Origin: Gemmatimonadota bacterium
Lineage (GTDB): Bacteria > Gemmatimonadota > Gemmatimonadetes > Gemmatimonadales > GWC2-71-9
Assembly (NCBI GenBank): GCA_036679645.1
Contig: JAZDCY010000038.1
Location: 1-34,757 of the forward strand
Length of the DNA: 34,757 nucleotides
Direction: 5' to 3'
Shown one piece after another: positions 18,594 to 29,208 of the stretch (position 1 is the stretch's first letter; each line of letters opens with the position of its first letter). The translations under genes were made by a program, and so were the position numbers. The notes under the pieces are model-generated. The model saw only the letters and a program-made list of their open reading frames with translations. It ran no database searches and was not told the origin of the DNA.

Positions 18594-18668
18594 GATTTGA
18601 GATTTGAGATTTGAGATTGGTGATTGCTCTACCTCACGACTGCAATCTCCAATCTCTAATCTCCAATC
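18594..18668. repeat. Heptamer-repeat palindrome B
   Basis: (GATTTGA)x3 GATTGGT GATTGC-N14-GCAATC TCCAATC TCTAATC TCCAATC. Confidence 0.9.
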
Positions 18669-20185
18669 CTACTGTCCCCCGTGGTGAACATCGTGACATT
18701 CGAGCGCAATTCATCGCCGGCCGTGCGGGCGAGATCGAGAAGACGATTGGGCCATACGCCAAAGAGGAGCAACGCCAGCGCGGCAGATACAATGACGGTT
18801 CTCGCTCCACCCGTGAAGTCGTACACGCCACCCGGCTCGGGGCGATCCTCCACCGGCGCCCGCATGTACATGTTCATGATCACGGGGAGGTAGTAGCCCG
18901 CCGACAGGACGCTCGCCAACACGAGCAACACCGCCAGGAGGCCCTGGCCCGTTTCGATAGCGGCAGACAGGATGTACCACTTGCCAATGAAACCCGCGGT
19001 GCCCGGGAAACCAAGCAGCGAGAGCATGAACACCGCCATCGCGAGCGCGGTCCACGGCCGTCGCTGTGCGAGCCCGGATAGATCGTCGATCATGACGTCG
19101 CTCTCGCCGTCACGCCCCGCACTGGCGAGGATCGCAAAGGCGCCGACCGTCATGAGCGTGTACGCAAAGGCATAGAACAAATAGGCTGCCGCACCGATCG
19201 CCGTCCCGCTGGCCACCGCGACCAAGAGATAGCCGGCGTGCGCGACGGACGAGTAGGCGAGCATTCGCTTGAGACGTCGTTGCGCCAGTGCAATCAGGTT
19301 GCCTACGATCATCGTGATGACAGCAAGCCACCATACGAGTCCCTGCCACACCGTGATCGCGTCGCCCAGGGCAACCACGGCAATGCGTATTAACGCTGCG
19401 AACGCCGCCGCCTTGACCGCCGTAGCCATGAACGCCGTGACCGGCGTAGGGGCGCCATCATACACATCCGGTGCCCACATGTGGAACGGCACCGCCGCCA
19501 CCTTGAACCCAAAACCGACCAGGAGCAACGCAATGCCGAACCCAAGCATCGGTGTCCCGACGAGACGCCCGTCACCCAGCTGGAAAGCGATGGTCGTGAG
19601 ATTGATGCTGCCCGTGGCGCCGTAGATGAGGGCGATCCCGTACAACAGGAACGCGGACGCAAATGCGCCCAGCAGGAAGTACTTGAGCGCCGCCTCCGCC
19701 GACGACCCGCTGCGCCGGCTGATCCCGGCCAACACATACACCGCGACCGACATGACCTCCAGCCCGAGGAAGATCTCGATCAGATCGTTGCCCCCCACCA
19801 TCAACATCATGCCGAGCGTAGCGAAGAGGAGCAGTACGTAGAACTCGGGCACGATGACGCGCTCGCGTCCCAGATACCCGAGCGACAGCAGCACGGTGAA
19901 GATCGCGCCGATCAACAAAACCGTGGACGCGGCAAACCGAAAGCCGTCGAGCGCTACCATGAGCGCGATGCCCTCCGGTTGCGGCGACGCACGCCACAGC
20001 CAGAGCACGGGAATCAGCGTCGCAACGAGCCCCCCGAGCGCCAAGTGTCCCGCCAGGCGATGATCGTCAGCTCCGCGATGGCGCCACGCCGCGACGAGCA
20101 GCAGCAGCAGGGCCCACCCGGTGAGCACGATCTCGGGAAGCAACGCGAAGGCGATGCCGCTGGGTGTGGAGAGATCGACGGGCAC
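18656..20185 (-). CDS. nuoN: NADH-quinone oxidoreductase subunit N
   Basis: EAALKYFLLGA, GFKVAAVPFHMWAPDVYDGAP, KRMLAYSSVAHAGY, GFIGKW. Confidence 0.97.
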   Translation of the reverse strand: MPVDLSTPSGIAFALLPEIVLTGWALLLLLVAAWRHRGADDHRLAGHLALGGLVATLIPVLWLWRASPQPEGIALMVALDGFRFAASTVLLIGAIFTVLLSLGYLGRERVIVPEFYVLLLFATLGMMLMVGGNDLIEIFLGLEVMSVAVYVLAGISRRSGSSAEAALKYFLLGAFASAFLLYGIALIYGATGSINLTTIAFQLGDGRLVGTPMLGFGIALLLVGFGFKVAAVPFHMWAPDVYDGAPTPVTAFMATAVKAAAFAALIRIAVVALGDAITVWQGLVWWLAVITMIVGNLIALAQRRLKRMLAYSSVAHAGYLLVAVASGTAIGAAAYLFYAFAYTLMTVGAFAILASAGRDGESDVMIDDLSGLAQRRPWTALAMAVFMLSLLGFPGTAGFIGKWYILSAAIETGQGLLAVLLVLASVLSAGYYLPVIMNMYMRAPVEDRPEPGGVYDFTGGARTVIVSAALALLLFGVWPNRLLDLARTAGDELRSNVTMFTTGDSRIGD

Positions 20186-21747
20186 TACCGGTCATCCTCC
20201 CCGGGACGCGCCGCCAGCCGGAACTGCGGCGTCGCCGGCGCTGCGGTAGCCTGGACGACGAAGTTCTCCGCCGAGACTTCGATCCGCTCGAGGAAGGGCT
20301 TCGGGTAAATCCCCATCCATAGAATCAGCACGATGAACGGGGCCAAGAGGCCCAGTTCGCGCGCGCTGAGGTCCTTCAACGACGCGTTCTCCGCTTGGGG
20401 CTCCCCGTTATAGAGCACGCGCTGGATAGCCCAAAGCAGATACGCCGCCGCAAAGATCACTCCGGTCGTCGCGATGCCCGTCGCCCAGGGGTACGCGCCG
20501 AACGAACCGACGAGTACCAGGAACTCGCCAATGAAGCCATTAGTGCCAGGCAATCCGATCGACGAGAGCGATACCAACGTCAGAATCGCCGCAAAGGCTG
20601 GCATCACGCGCGCCAACCCACCAAACGCGGAAATCTCGCGCGTATGCCGGCGCTCGTACATCATACCCGCCAGCAAGAACAGGGCGCCCGTGGATACGCC
20701 GTGGTTGATCATGATGACGATCGCCCCCTCGACGCTCTGCACGGTTACCGCCCAGATCCCTAGCATGACGAAACCGAGGTGACTCACCGACGAGTACGCG
20801 ATCAGCTTCTTGAAGTCGGGCTGGACCATCGCCACCAAGGCCCCGTACACGATCCCCACGACGGCGAGCGTGACGATCACCGCGGCAACCGTGGGGTCCA
20901 GCGCCGTCTCGGGGAAGAACGGCACTGCGAACCGGAGGAACCCGTACGTGCCCATCTTCAGGAGAACGCCGGCGAGGATGACAGATCCCGCCGTGGGCGC
21001 CTCGACGTGAGCGTCGGGTAGCCACGTGTGAAACGGGAACATGGGGACCTTGATCGCAAAGGCGAGCGCGAACGCCAGGAACAGCCATAGCGCCCACGGT
21101 TGGGCGACCGCAATGTTGACCAGCAGATGGTGGTAGTCAAACGAGTAGATCCCCGTCTCCCGCCCGACCAGATAGTAGATCGTGAGGATCGCCACCAGCA
21201 TCAGCAGCGACCCTACGAATGTGTAGACGAAGAACTTGATCGCCGCGTAAAGGCGACGGCCCCCGCCCCATATCCCGATCATGAAGTACATCGGGATCAA
21301 CATGACTTCCCAGAAGACGTAGAACAGGAACAGGTCGAGTGCGATGAAGACGCCGATCATGCCGGACGTGAGCACCAGGAGAAGCGCATAGAATCCGCGC
21401 TGCTTCTCCTTGATGTAATGCCAGCTGCCGAGCACCGTGATCGGCACGGTCAACGTGGTGAGCAACACCATGAAGAGGGAGATGCCGTCCACGCCAACCC
21501 GATATGCAATCCCGAATGCGGGAATCCACGGAACGGCCGTCTCGAACTGCATGCTGGCGATGGTCGGATCGAATGCCCACCACAACCCGAGTGAGAGGAC
21601 GAACTCGACAACCGCGCCCCAGAACGCAACCTGCCGAATGCGCGCCGACGGCACGAGCAACACCGCCGCCGTCGCCAGCACGGGAAGCACGAGGAGCGCC
21701 GTCAACACCCAGCGCGCATAGCCGATCGACACTAGGAATCCGCTCAC
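20185..21747 (-). CDS. nuoM: NADH-quinone oxidoreductase subunit M
   Basis: GVDGIS, FWEVMLIPMY, KVPMFPFHTWLPDAHVEAPT, LLKMGTYG; GTG overlapping the nuoL TGA. Confidence 0.97.
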   Translation of the reverse strand: MSGFLVSIGYARWVLTALLVLPVLATAAVLLVPSARIRQVAFWGAVVEFVLSLGLWWAFDPTIASMQFETAVPWIPAFGIAYRVGVDGISLFMVLLTTLTVPITVLGSWHYIKEKQRGFYALLLVLTSGMIGVFIALDLFLFYVFWEVMLIPMYFMIGIWGGGRRLYAAIKFFVYTFVGSLLMLVAILTIYYLVGRETGIYSFDYHHLLVNIAVAQPWALWLFLAFALAFAIKVPMFPFHTWLPDAHVEAPTAGSVILAGVLLKMGTYGFLRFAVPFFPETALDPTVAAVIVTLAVVGIVYGALVAMVQPDFKKLIAYSSVSHLGFVMLGIWAVTVQSVEGAIVIMINHGVSTGALFLLAGMMYERRHTREISAFGGLARVMPAFAAILTLVSLSSIGLPGTNGFIGEFLVLVGSFGAYPWATGIATTGVIFAAAYLLWAIQRVLYNGEPQAENASLKDLSARELGLLAPFIVLILWMGIYPKPFLERIEVSAENFVVQATAAPATPQFRLAARPGEDDR

Positions 21748-23714
21748 GATCCCAGCACCGCATGCAGCAGCACGACCACCCCGATCACGAAGACGAACAC
21801 GTACGTGCCCACCTGTCCCGTCTGAAACCAACTGCCGACCATGCCCAATCCCCGGGCCAGTCGTGCCGACCCGTTCACGCCCGCCCCGTCGATCGCGCCC
21901 GCATCGACACCTTTCCACAACACCGTCCGCGAGAACCAGACGAGCGGCCGCACGACCGCACCGTTGTAGAGCTCGTCGATGTAGTACTTCGCGAGCAGCA
22001 CCCGACCAATGCCCCGCTCCTCACCGGCCTCCGCAGCCGTCACGAGATGTTTGAGGTTCAGGAACCGTTTCGCCCCGAAGATGCCGGCTCCCGCAATCAC
22101 GGTCGCGAGCGCGAGCAACCCCCACTCCGTCCCCTGTCCGAGATGGACCTCGCGGTGGTAGAAATCCCCCGCAGCGGTAACCGGCTCGAGCCAATGGTGC
22201 AACCAGCCGTTGAGCGGGAGGACTTCCGGGAGGTTCAGCAATCCCGTCAGCACGGCGCCCGCCGCTAACACGACCAGCGGACCGGTCATGATCCACGGTA
22301 CCTCGTGCAGGAATTTCCGCTCCGCCTCACCGGTCCGGTTCGGTCCGTGGAATGTGTAGAGCATCATGCGCGTCATGTAGAAGGCCGTAAGCAACGCGGT
22401 GACTACCCCGACGGCCCAGAGCACGAAGAAGATCGGATTCTCTCCCCCGCGCGCGAACGTCATGGCCAAGATCTCATCCTTCGAGAAGAACCCGGAAAAA
22501 CCCGGAATCCCGGCAATGGCGAGCGTGGCTACCCACATGACCGCCGCCGTCCAGGGCATCCATCGCTTGAGACCGCCCATGTTGCGCATGTCCTGCGCAT
22601 CTTCACTCTGGTTGGTGGAGTGATACGCGTGGTGCATTGCGTGAATCACGCTGCCCGATCCCAGAAAGAGCAGCGCCTTGAAGAACGCGTGCGTCACGAG
22701 GTGGAAGATGCCCGACGCGATGGCCCCGACCCCGACGGCGAGAAACATGTAGCCCAGCTGGGAGATGGTAGAGTAGGCCAGCACCCTCTTGATGTCCCAC
22801 TGCTTGAGCGCAATCGTCGCCGCCCACAGCGCCGTGGCGGCCCCTACCACGGCGACGATCGTGCTGGAAAGCGACGCCATCGCAAACAAGACGTTGGTCC
22901 GCGCGATCAAGTACACGCCCGCCGTGACCATTGTCGCTGCGTGGATCAGCGCGGACACCGGCGTCGGGCCCGCCATTGCGTCCGGCAGCCACGTGTACAA
23001 CGGGATCTGCGCCGACTTCCCGGCGCACCCCAGGAACAGGAACAGGGTAATGGCTGTGATCGTCGGCCCATCGACCGCGAAGGTCGCCGGCGCCGCGCTG
23101 AACACCTGCTCGAAGGCCAGCGATCCCGTCGCCCGAAAGATCATGAACATCGCGATCAGGAACCCAAAGTCCCCAATGCGATTCATGATGAAGGCCTTCT
23201 TGCCCGCGTCGGCGTTGGCTTTCTCGGTGAACCAGAAACCGATCAACAGGTAGCTGCATAGACCGACGCCTTCCCAGCCGACGAACAGCACGGGGAAGTT
23301 CGCGCCAAGCACGAGGACCAGCATGAAGAAGATGAACAGGTTCAGGTACGAGAAGTAGCGCGCGTAACCGGCGTCCTCCCGCATGTACCCGATGCTGAAG
23401 ATGTGGATCAGCATTCCCACGCCGGTCACGACCAGGAGCATGATGGCGGAGAGCTGATCGACCTGGAACGCGACATCGATCTGCAGGTCGCCAACCGGCA
23501 TCCAGTTCCAAAACGAGATGACGTGCGCCGCATTCCGGTGCTCGCCGAGCAGGCCTACGAAGATGCCGGCGGACAACACGAACGACAGTGCTACGGTCCC
23601 GACCCCAACCACGGATACCGCGGTTCTGGCCTGGGGCCGCAGGAAACTCAGCGCCCCGTTCGCGACGAAACCCGCGAACGGGAGCAGTACGACGAGCCAG
23701 ATGAGGTCGACCAT
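21744..23714 (-). CDS. nuoL: NADH-quinone oxidoreductase subunit L
   Basis: GWEGVGLCSY, NRIGD, GKSAQIPL..WLPDAMAGPTPVSALIHAATMV, HAFFKALLF. Confidence 0.98.
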   Translation of the reverse strand: MVDLIWLVVLLPFAGFVANGALSFLRPQARTAVSVVGVGTVALSFVLSAGIFVGLLGEHRNAAHVISFWNWMPVGDLQIDVAFQVDQLSAIMLLVVTGVGMLIHIFSIGYMREDAGYARYFSYLNLFIFFMLVLVLGANFPVLFVGWEGVGLCSYLLIGFWFTEKANADAGKKAFIMNRIGDFGFLIAMFMIFRATGSLAFEQVFSAAPATFAVDGPTITAITLFLFLGCAGKSAQIPLYTWLPDAMAGPTPVSALIHAATMVTAGVYLIARTNVLFAMASLSSTIVAVVGAATALWAATIALKQWDIKRVLAYSTISQLGYMFLAVGVGAIASGIFHLVTHAFFKALLFLGSGSVIHAMHHAYHSTNQSEDAQDMRNMGGLKRWMPWTAAVMWVATLAIAGIPGFSGFFSKDEILAMTFARGGENPIFFVLWAVGVVTALLTAFYMTRMMLYTFHGPNRTGEAERKFLHEVPWIMTGPLVVLAAGAVLTGLLNLPEVLPLNGWLHHWLEPVTAAGDFYHREVHLGQGTEWGLLALATVIAGAGIFGAKRFLNLKHLVTAAEAGEERGIGRVLLAKYYIDELYNGAVVRPLVWFSRTVLWKGVDAGAIDGAGVNGSARLARGLGMVGSWFQTGQVGTYVFVFVIGVVVLLHAVLGS

Positions 23715-24010
23715 CAGCCCCGGAGCAGGTTGAAGTTCTTCAGATCCACCGACTCCTTGTGCCGGAAGATCGCGAGGATGATGGCGAGGCCGACGGCCGC
23801 TTCAGCGGCCGCCACTGCCATGACGAAGAAAACGATGACCTGTCCCTCCGGCCCGAGCTGTTGGGCGAGGGCCACGAACGTCAGGTTCACCGCGTTGAGC
23901 ATCAACTCGATGCACATGAAGATCACGATCACATTGCGCCGCAGCAGCACGCCGGCCACGCCAATGCTGAACAGAACGGCCGAGACGCCGAGCGCAGGAC
24001 CGATCAACAT
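23714..24010 (-). CDS. nuoK: NADH-quinone oxidoreductase subunit K
   Basis: [32 protein letters not shown]. Confidence 0.97.
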   Translation of the reverse strand: MLIGPALGVSAVLFSIGVAGVLLRRNVIVIFMCIELMLNAVNLTFVALAQQLGPEGQVIVFFVMAVAAAEAAVGLAIILAIFRHKESVDLKNFNLLRG

Positions 24011-24546
24011 CAGAGCTTCCTCTTGGCGAGCACGACCGCTCCAACAGCCGCCGCCAACAGCAAGATCGACGTCACTTCGAACGGCACGAGGAACTGGCGG
24101 AAGAGCGGTTCCGCAATCAGACCCACGGCGCCTTGCGCCTCCGCCATTCGGGCCAACTCGCCCTCGGGCAACTGGAACCCGGCGGTCTGCGACTGGAACC
24201 CATCCGAGACCATCACACCGCGCAACGCCCACAACTCCGCCGCGATACCCAGCCCGAGCACGAGTGCCACGATCCGCCCGCCCCATCCCTTCATATCGGT
24301 TTGCGCGTCACGGCCCAGGTTCAGGAGCATGATCACGAAGAGGAACAGCACCATGATCGCGCCCGCGTAGACGAGGATCTGCAGGACCGCGATGAACTGC
24401 GCGTCGAGGACCACGTAGATCGCAGCGAGCGCGAAGAGCGTGCTTACCAGCCAGAGCGCGCTCGCGACGGCGTTGCGGCGCGTGATGCACAGAAACGCCG
24501 AGACGATCGCGTCCGCTGCGAAGACCCAGAACACCCACTCACGCAT
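24010..24546 (-). CDS. nuoJ: NADH-quinone oxidoreductase subunit J
   Basis: [30 protein letters not shown]. Confidence 0.97.
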   Translation of the reverse strand: MREWVFWVFAADAIVSAFLCITRRNAVASALWLVSTLFALAAIYVVLDAQFIAVLQILVYAGAIMVLFLFVIMLLNLGRDAQTDMKGWGGRIVALVLGLGIAAELWALRGVMVSDGFQSQTAGFQLPEGELARMAEAQGAVGLIAEPLFRQFLVPFEVTSILLLAAAVGAVVLAKRKL

Positions 24547-24548
24547 CG

Positions 24549-25055
24549 TTACTCGCCCTTCGGGTCGGACGGATCCCACAGTGTCGAGACCGGGTGGGTC
24601 TGCGCGCACAGTCGCTCGAGATCGTAGACGAAGCGGTCACGGTCGTATTCGGCGTTCTCGTAGTGCACCCCGACGTGGATCGCCTCCTCGGGACAGACCT
24701 CCTGGCAGTACCCGCAAAACACGCAACGAAACTCGTCGATCTCATAGATCAACGGGTACCGGTTACCCTGCTCGTCCTCCCCCGGCACGAGGTTGATGCA
24801 GTTTGCCGGGCAGATCTGCGGGCAGAGCCCGCACGCGACACACTTGGCCCGACCTTGTTCGTCGGTCAGCATTCGGTGGGTGCCGCGCCACCGAGGGGAG
24901 ATGGTCCAGTCCGCGGCAGATTTCTCTTCCGGGTACTGCATCGTGACAGCCGGACGGAAGAGGTGACCGAAAGTGAGCGCCATCCCCCTGAGTGCGGCAC
25001 GCAGGTAGCTCACTTCCTGGCCCGGCCGCGTCATGACCTTCACACCAATTGCCAT
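24549..25055 (-). CDS. nuoI: NADH-quinone oxidoreductase subunit I
   Basis: TMQYPEE, CVACGLCPQICP, CVFCGYCQEVCP. Confidence 0.97.
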   Translation of the reverse strand: MAIGVKVMTRPGQEVSYLRAALRGMALTFGHLFRPAVTMQYPEEKSAADWTISPRWRGTHRMLTDEQGRAKCVACGLCPQICPANCINLVPGEDEQGNRYPLIYEIDEFRCVFCGYCQEVCPEEAIHVGVHYENAEYDRDRFVYDLERLCAQTHPVSTLWDPSDPKGE

Positions 25056-25058
25056 GCT

Positions 25059-26288
25059 CTACCTCTCCACCTGCACGGGCTCCTGCGCACCTGTGAGAAG
25101 GCGCCCGCGGTCGAGGCCAAAGAGAAAACCGATGACGAGCGGGATATTCACGGCGAAGAGAATCATCCCGTACCGCCAGTCATGCGGGACGGTGAGGCTG
25201 TCCAACACCAACACGGCGGTGGCCATCGTCACGATGTAGACCAACGCCGTCGGGAGCAGGACCTTCCAGCCAAGATGCATCAGCTGATCGAACCGGAACC
25301 GCGGCAACGTCCACCGTACCCAGATGTAGATCCAGACGAACACCGCCATCTTCACGAAGAAAGCGGCGTGCGTGAGCAGGAATTGCATGATCGCACCCAG
25401 CGACCAGGTCTGGCGAACCTGTTCGTCCCACGCCGTGAAGGGGATGTCCCATCCGCCAAAAAAGAAAGTCGCGAGCAACGCCGACATCGTGATCAGCGCG
25501 GCGTACTCCGCAATGAAGAACATCGAGAACTTCATAGACGAGTACTCAGTGTGAAATCCCGTGACCAGCTCTGCTTCAGCCTCTGCCAGATCGAACGGGA
25601 GCCGATTGGTTTCCGCAAACGCCGCCACATGGAAGATCATAAATGCCAGCGTCGCGGCGAACACGAACCACGTCGTCTCCTGCTGGACCGCTATCACGCT
25701 CGACAGGGTCACGTTGCCCGTCAGGAGCAACACCACGACCAGGCTCATGCCCAGGGCGATCTCGTAACTGATCATCTGGGCCGACGCCCGCATGGCCCCC
25801 AGAAACGCGTACTTGCTGTTGGACGACCAACCCGCAAGAACGATCCCGTACACCGCCAGGCTGGAGAACGCGAGGATGAACAGGAAACCGACCGGCAGAT
25901 CGGCCACCACCATCGGGATCGGTCCCCCATACGTGAACTGCCCGAGCAGCGGGAGCGTGAAATCGAAGGGCGGCAGCGGGGCGGCAAACGGGATGACTGC
26001 GAACAAGAGCATCGACGGCACGAACGAGAGAGCCGGCGCGAGCAAGAAGAGCAGCCGGTCGGCCTGCGCCGGCCAGGTCTCTTCCTTCATGATGTTCTTG
26101 AGCCCGTCGGCGATGTTCTGGAGCAACCCGAACGGGCCGACTCTGTTCGGACCCAGCCGATCCTGCAGAAACGCGCTGCCCCGCCGCTCGACCCAGATCA
26201 CGATGATCACACCCACCATGACGAGCGTGAACACGAACAGTATGCGAAGCACGCTGACGAGCAGGAACCCCTTGATATCTGGCGTCAC
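25059..26288 (-). CDS. nuoH: NADH-quinone oxidoreductase subunit H
   Basis: QDRLGPNRVG, ADGLK, AQMISYE, AETNRLPFDL.EAE.EL..GF.TEYS, PRFRFDQLM. Confidence 0.98.
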   Translation of the reverse strand: MTPDIKGFLLVSVLRILFVFTLVMVGVIIVIWVERRGSAFLQDRLGPNRVGPFGLLQNIADGLKNIMKEETWPAQADRLLFLLAPALSFVPSMLLFAVIPFAAPLPPFDFTLPLLGQFTYGGPIPMVVADLPVGFLFILAFSSLAVYGIVLAGWSSNSKYAFLGAMRASAQMISYEIALGMSLVVVLLLTGNVTLSSVIAVQQETTWFVFAATLAFMIFHVAAFAETNRLPFDLAEAEAELVTGFHTEYSSMKFSMFFIAEYAALITMSALLATFFFGGWDIPFTAWDEQVRQTWSLGAIMQFLLTHAAFFVKMAVFVWIYIWVRWTLPRFRFDQLMHLGWKVLLPTALVYIVTMATAVLVLDSLTVPHDWRYGMILFAVNIPLVIGFLFGLDRGRLLTGAQEPVQVER

Positions 26289-27868
26289 GCCGTCGCCGCG
26301 GCTGTCGAACCGCTGCCGAGCGGTGCTCCACGCGTTCCCAACGTGCGATAGCTCAGACCGCCAAAGGCCTCGACAGTGCTCGCCATGCTCGCGAACACGT
26401 CCGCCGCGCTCATCGGGCTGTCGCCGCGACCGAGTTCGCGCAGCAGCTCACCCAGCGCCCACCACGCCGGCCGCGCCATTCCGGGACCTGACTTCGCCTG
26501 GAGATAGAGCTGGACGCGTCCGTCGCGGTTCACGAACGAGCCATCCTCTTCGGCCACATTCGTGGTCGGCAGGACCGCCGACGCCACGCGGCCGACCTCG
26601 GGCAGCACGGTACCGATGAACACGACATGCGGCACCCGGTCGAGCGCCGTCGGGTCGAGCCCGTCGAGCGCGTCGCCGAGCACGAGCACAACCGACGCTG
26701 CACTCAGGTCCGCACCAAGATCGCCGCGCTCGCCATAGCCGAGTGTCTCGGCACCCTTCACATTCGGCGCGCGCTCCGCCCGCAACGCCAGGTTCGGCAC
26801 GCCGTCCAACGGCACGTCGTCACCGACCCGCTCCACCCGGAACACACCACGGAACCCGTCTCCCGCCACCTCCCGCGCGAGGAAGAGCGCTTCATTCGAC
26901 GCACCGGGTGACGCAAGCACCACCACCTCGCCCCCGGATCCGCCCAGCAGCCCCGCCACATCGTGTAACGCGTGGTCCCAGTCCGTCGCAATCAACTCCC
27001 CGTCGTGCCGCACCAATGGCGCCTCGATCCGGTCGCCGCGATTCATCCAGCGGTACGCCAGCCGGCCGTGGTCGCAAAGGAAAAACTGGTTCACGTCGAG
27101 ATTCGACCGCGGACGCTTGCGCACCACCGTCCCCTGCCGCGTCTCGAGAACGACATTGCATCCCTGCGAACACCCCGTGCAGATACTCGGCGCCTTGTCC
27201 AACTCCCATGCACGCGCCTTGTGCAAGAAGTCCTTCGAGATCAGCGACCCGACAGGACAGAGATCGATCACATTACCCGACCACGGATGGTCCAGGTTGC
27301 GGTCGGCGTGCACCCCGATGAACGCGCGATCGCCACGCTCGCTCACGTTGAGAATGGGATCGTCCGCGACGTGCTCCATGAACCGGACGCAACGCGTACA
27401 CAGTATGCATCGGTTCGGCACATAGAGAACGTCGCCGCCAAAATCCTCGACCGGATTGAACCGCTTGGCATAGTCGGGCGTGTAGCGGGTCCGCGCCTGC
27501 CCCTCGTGGAAGACGTAGTCCTGCAGCTCGCATTCGCCCGCCTGATCGCAGATTGGGCAGTCCAGCGGGTGGTTGATGAGCAGGAACTCTAGCACGCCTT
27601 TGCGCGCGTTGACGGCGTCCTCGCGATACGGCTCCACGACCTGGCCGTGCGCGACCGGTGTGGCACACGCGATCTGCAGCTTTGGCGTGCCTTCGACGTG
27701 GACCAGACACATCCGGCACACTCCCGCAACGGGGAGGCCGGGATGGTAACAGTAGTGCGGGATCACCACGCCCACCTGTTTCGCGGCCTCGATGATGGTC
27801 GTCCCCTTGGGGACGGACACCTCGACGCCGTCGATTGTGAGCGTAACCAGGTCTGTGCTCTCTGCCAT
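26285..27868 (-). CDS. nuoG: NADH-quinone oxidoreductase subunit G (compact form)
   Basis: CYHP..GVCRMCLV, HPLDCPICDQAGEC, CILCTRC, CPVGSL, CTGCSQGC...CDHGR. Confidence 0.95.
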   Translation of the reverse strand: MAESTDLVTLTIDGVEVSVPKGTTIIEAAKQVGVVIPHYCYHPGLPVAGVCRMCLVHVEGTPKLQIACATPVAHGQVVEPYREDAVNARKGVLEFLLINHPLDCPICDQAGECELQDYVFHEGQARTRYTPDYAKRFNPVEDFGGDVLYVPNRCILCTRCVRFMEHVADDPILNVSERGDRAFIGVHADRNLDHPWSGNVIDLCPVGSLISKDFLHKARAWELDKAPSICTGCSQGCNVVLETRQGTVVRKRPRSNLDVNQFFLCDHGRLAYRWMNRGDRIEAPLVRHDGELIATDWDHALHDVAGLLGGSGGEVVVLASPGASNEALFLAREVAGDGFRGVFRVERVGDDVPLDGVPNLALRAERAPNVKGAETLGYGERGDLGADLSAASVVLVLGDALDGLDPTALDRVPHVVFIGTVLPEVGRVASAVLPTTNVAEEDGSFVNRDGRVQLYLQAKSGPGMARPAWWALGELLRELGRGDSPMSAADVFASMASTVEAFGGLSYRTLGTRGAPLGSGSTAAATA

Positions 27869-27874
27869 CGGTTC

Positions 27875-29179
27875 CTACGCGGGAGCCAGGGAGGGTTCCC
27901 TGGCACCAGTGATGTATGCCTCGAATTCACCGCGGAATCGCTCTATGCCACTTGCGACCGGCGCCGCGCAGGAATCACTCAACACACAGATGGTCTTCCC
28001 GGTCATCTGCTCGCCGAGATCGAGCAAGAGATCGAGGTCCTTCATCTTGCCCTCGCCACGCAGGATGCGTTCGAGAATGCGGACCGTCCACGCAGTACCT
28101 TCGCGACACTGCGTACATTGCGCACACGACTCGTGCGCGTAAAACCGCGCCAACCGCATTATCTGGTAGACCATGTCCGCCGTGTCGTCGTAGACGATCA
28201 TCCCACCCGAGCCCAGCATGGTGTGCTGTTCCACACATCCCTCGTAATCGAGCAGGCAGGCTTCGGCCTCTTCCCGATTGATGATCGGCACCGACGAGCC
28301 ACCCGGCTGTACAGCTTTGAGCGTGCGCCCTTCCGGCAATCCCGCCATCTCGTAGATGACGTCGCGCAGCGGGAAACCCATTGTGACCTCGTAGTTGCCG
28401 GGCCGCGCCACGTTGCCGCACACACTGAAGAGCTTCGTGCCGGCGGACTTGGGATTGCTCAACGAGAGGCCTTTGTGCCAGTCGGTACCCTGGACAAGGA
28501 TATGCGGCACGGCGGTGAGCGTCTCGACGTTGTTCACCGTCGTGGGCATGCCGAACACACCCTTCTGCGCCGGGAACGGCGGCCGGATTCGCGGGTTGCC
28601 GCGCCGTCCCTCGATGGAGTTCATCAGCGCCGTCTCTTCACCGCAGATGTAGGCGCCGGCGCCGCGATGGATGTACATGTCGAGCTGTTTTCCCGACCCC
28701 ATTGCGTTGGCGCCCAACACGCCTGCCTTGTACGCATCGTCGAGCGCAGCCTGCATGATCCGGAGGGGCTCGGTGAACTCGCCGCGGATGTAGATGTACG
28801 TCACCTCGGCTTGAATGGCGTGCTGGGCTATGGCACATCCCTCGATCAGCGCGTGCGGGGTCCAGCGCATGATCTCGCGATCCTTGAACGTGCCCGGCTC
28901 CGATTCGTCGGCATTGCAGCAGAGATAGTGCGGCTTGCTCTTCTCCTTGGGCATGAACGACCACTTGAAACCGGTGGGGAATCCCGCCCCGCCCCGGCCG
29001 CGCAACCCGGATTCCTTGACGAGGTCGATCACCTCGGCCGGGGACATCCCCAGCGCCTTCTTCAACGCCTCGTAGCCGCCGCGTTGCACCCAGCCGTCAT
29101 AGGAACGCGCTTCCGCATCGCCGAAGTACTTGGAGAGAACAACGGTCTCTTTCTCATGCGGTGTGTGGGGGTAGCCCAT
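27875..29179 (-). CDS. nuoF: NADH-quinone oxidoreductase subunit F
   Basis: SGLRGRGGAGF, NADESEPGTFKDR, GAYICGEET, ESCAQCTQCREG. Confidence 0.98.
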   Translation of the reverse strand: MGYPHTPHEKETVVLSKYFGDAEARSYDGWVQRGGYEALKKALGMSPAEVIDLVKESGLRGRGGAGFPTGFKWSFMPKEKSKPHYLCCNADESEPGTFKDREIMRWTPHALIEGCAIAQHAIQAEVTYIYIRGEFTEPLRIMQAALDDAYKAGVLGANAMGSGKQLDMYIHRGAGAYICGEETALMNSIEGRRGNPRIRPPFPAQKGVFGMPTTVNNVETLTAVPHILVQGTDWHKGLSLSNPKSAGTKLFSVCGNVARPGNYEVTMGFPLRDVIYEMAGLPEGRTLKAVQPGGSSVPIINREEAEACLLDYEGCVEQHTMLGSGGMIVYDDTADMVYQIMRLARFYAHESCAQCTQCREGTAWTVRILERILRGEGKMKDLDLLLDLGEQMTGKTICVLSDSCAAPVASGIERFRGEFEAYITGAREPSLAPA

Positions 29180-29208
29180 CTATCGTCCCTCCCTTCTCCA
29201 CCCAGCCG

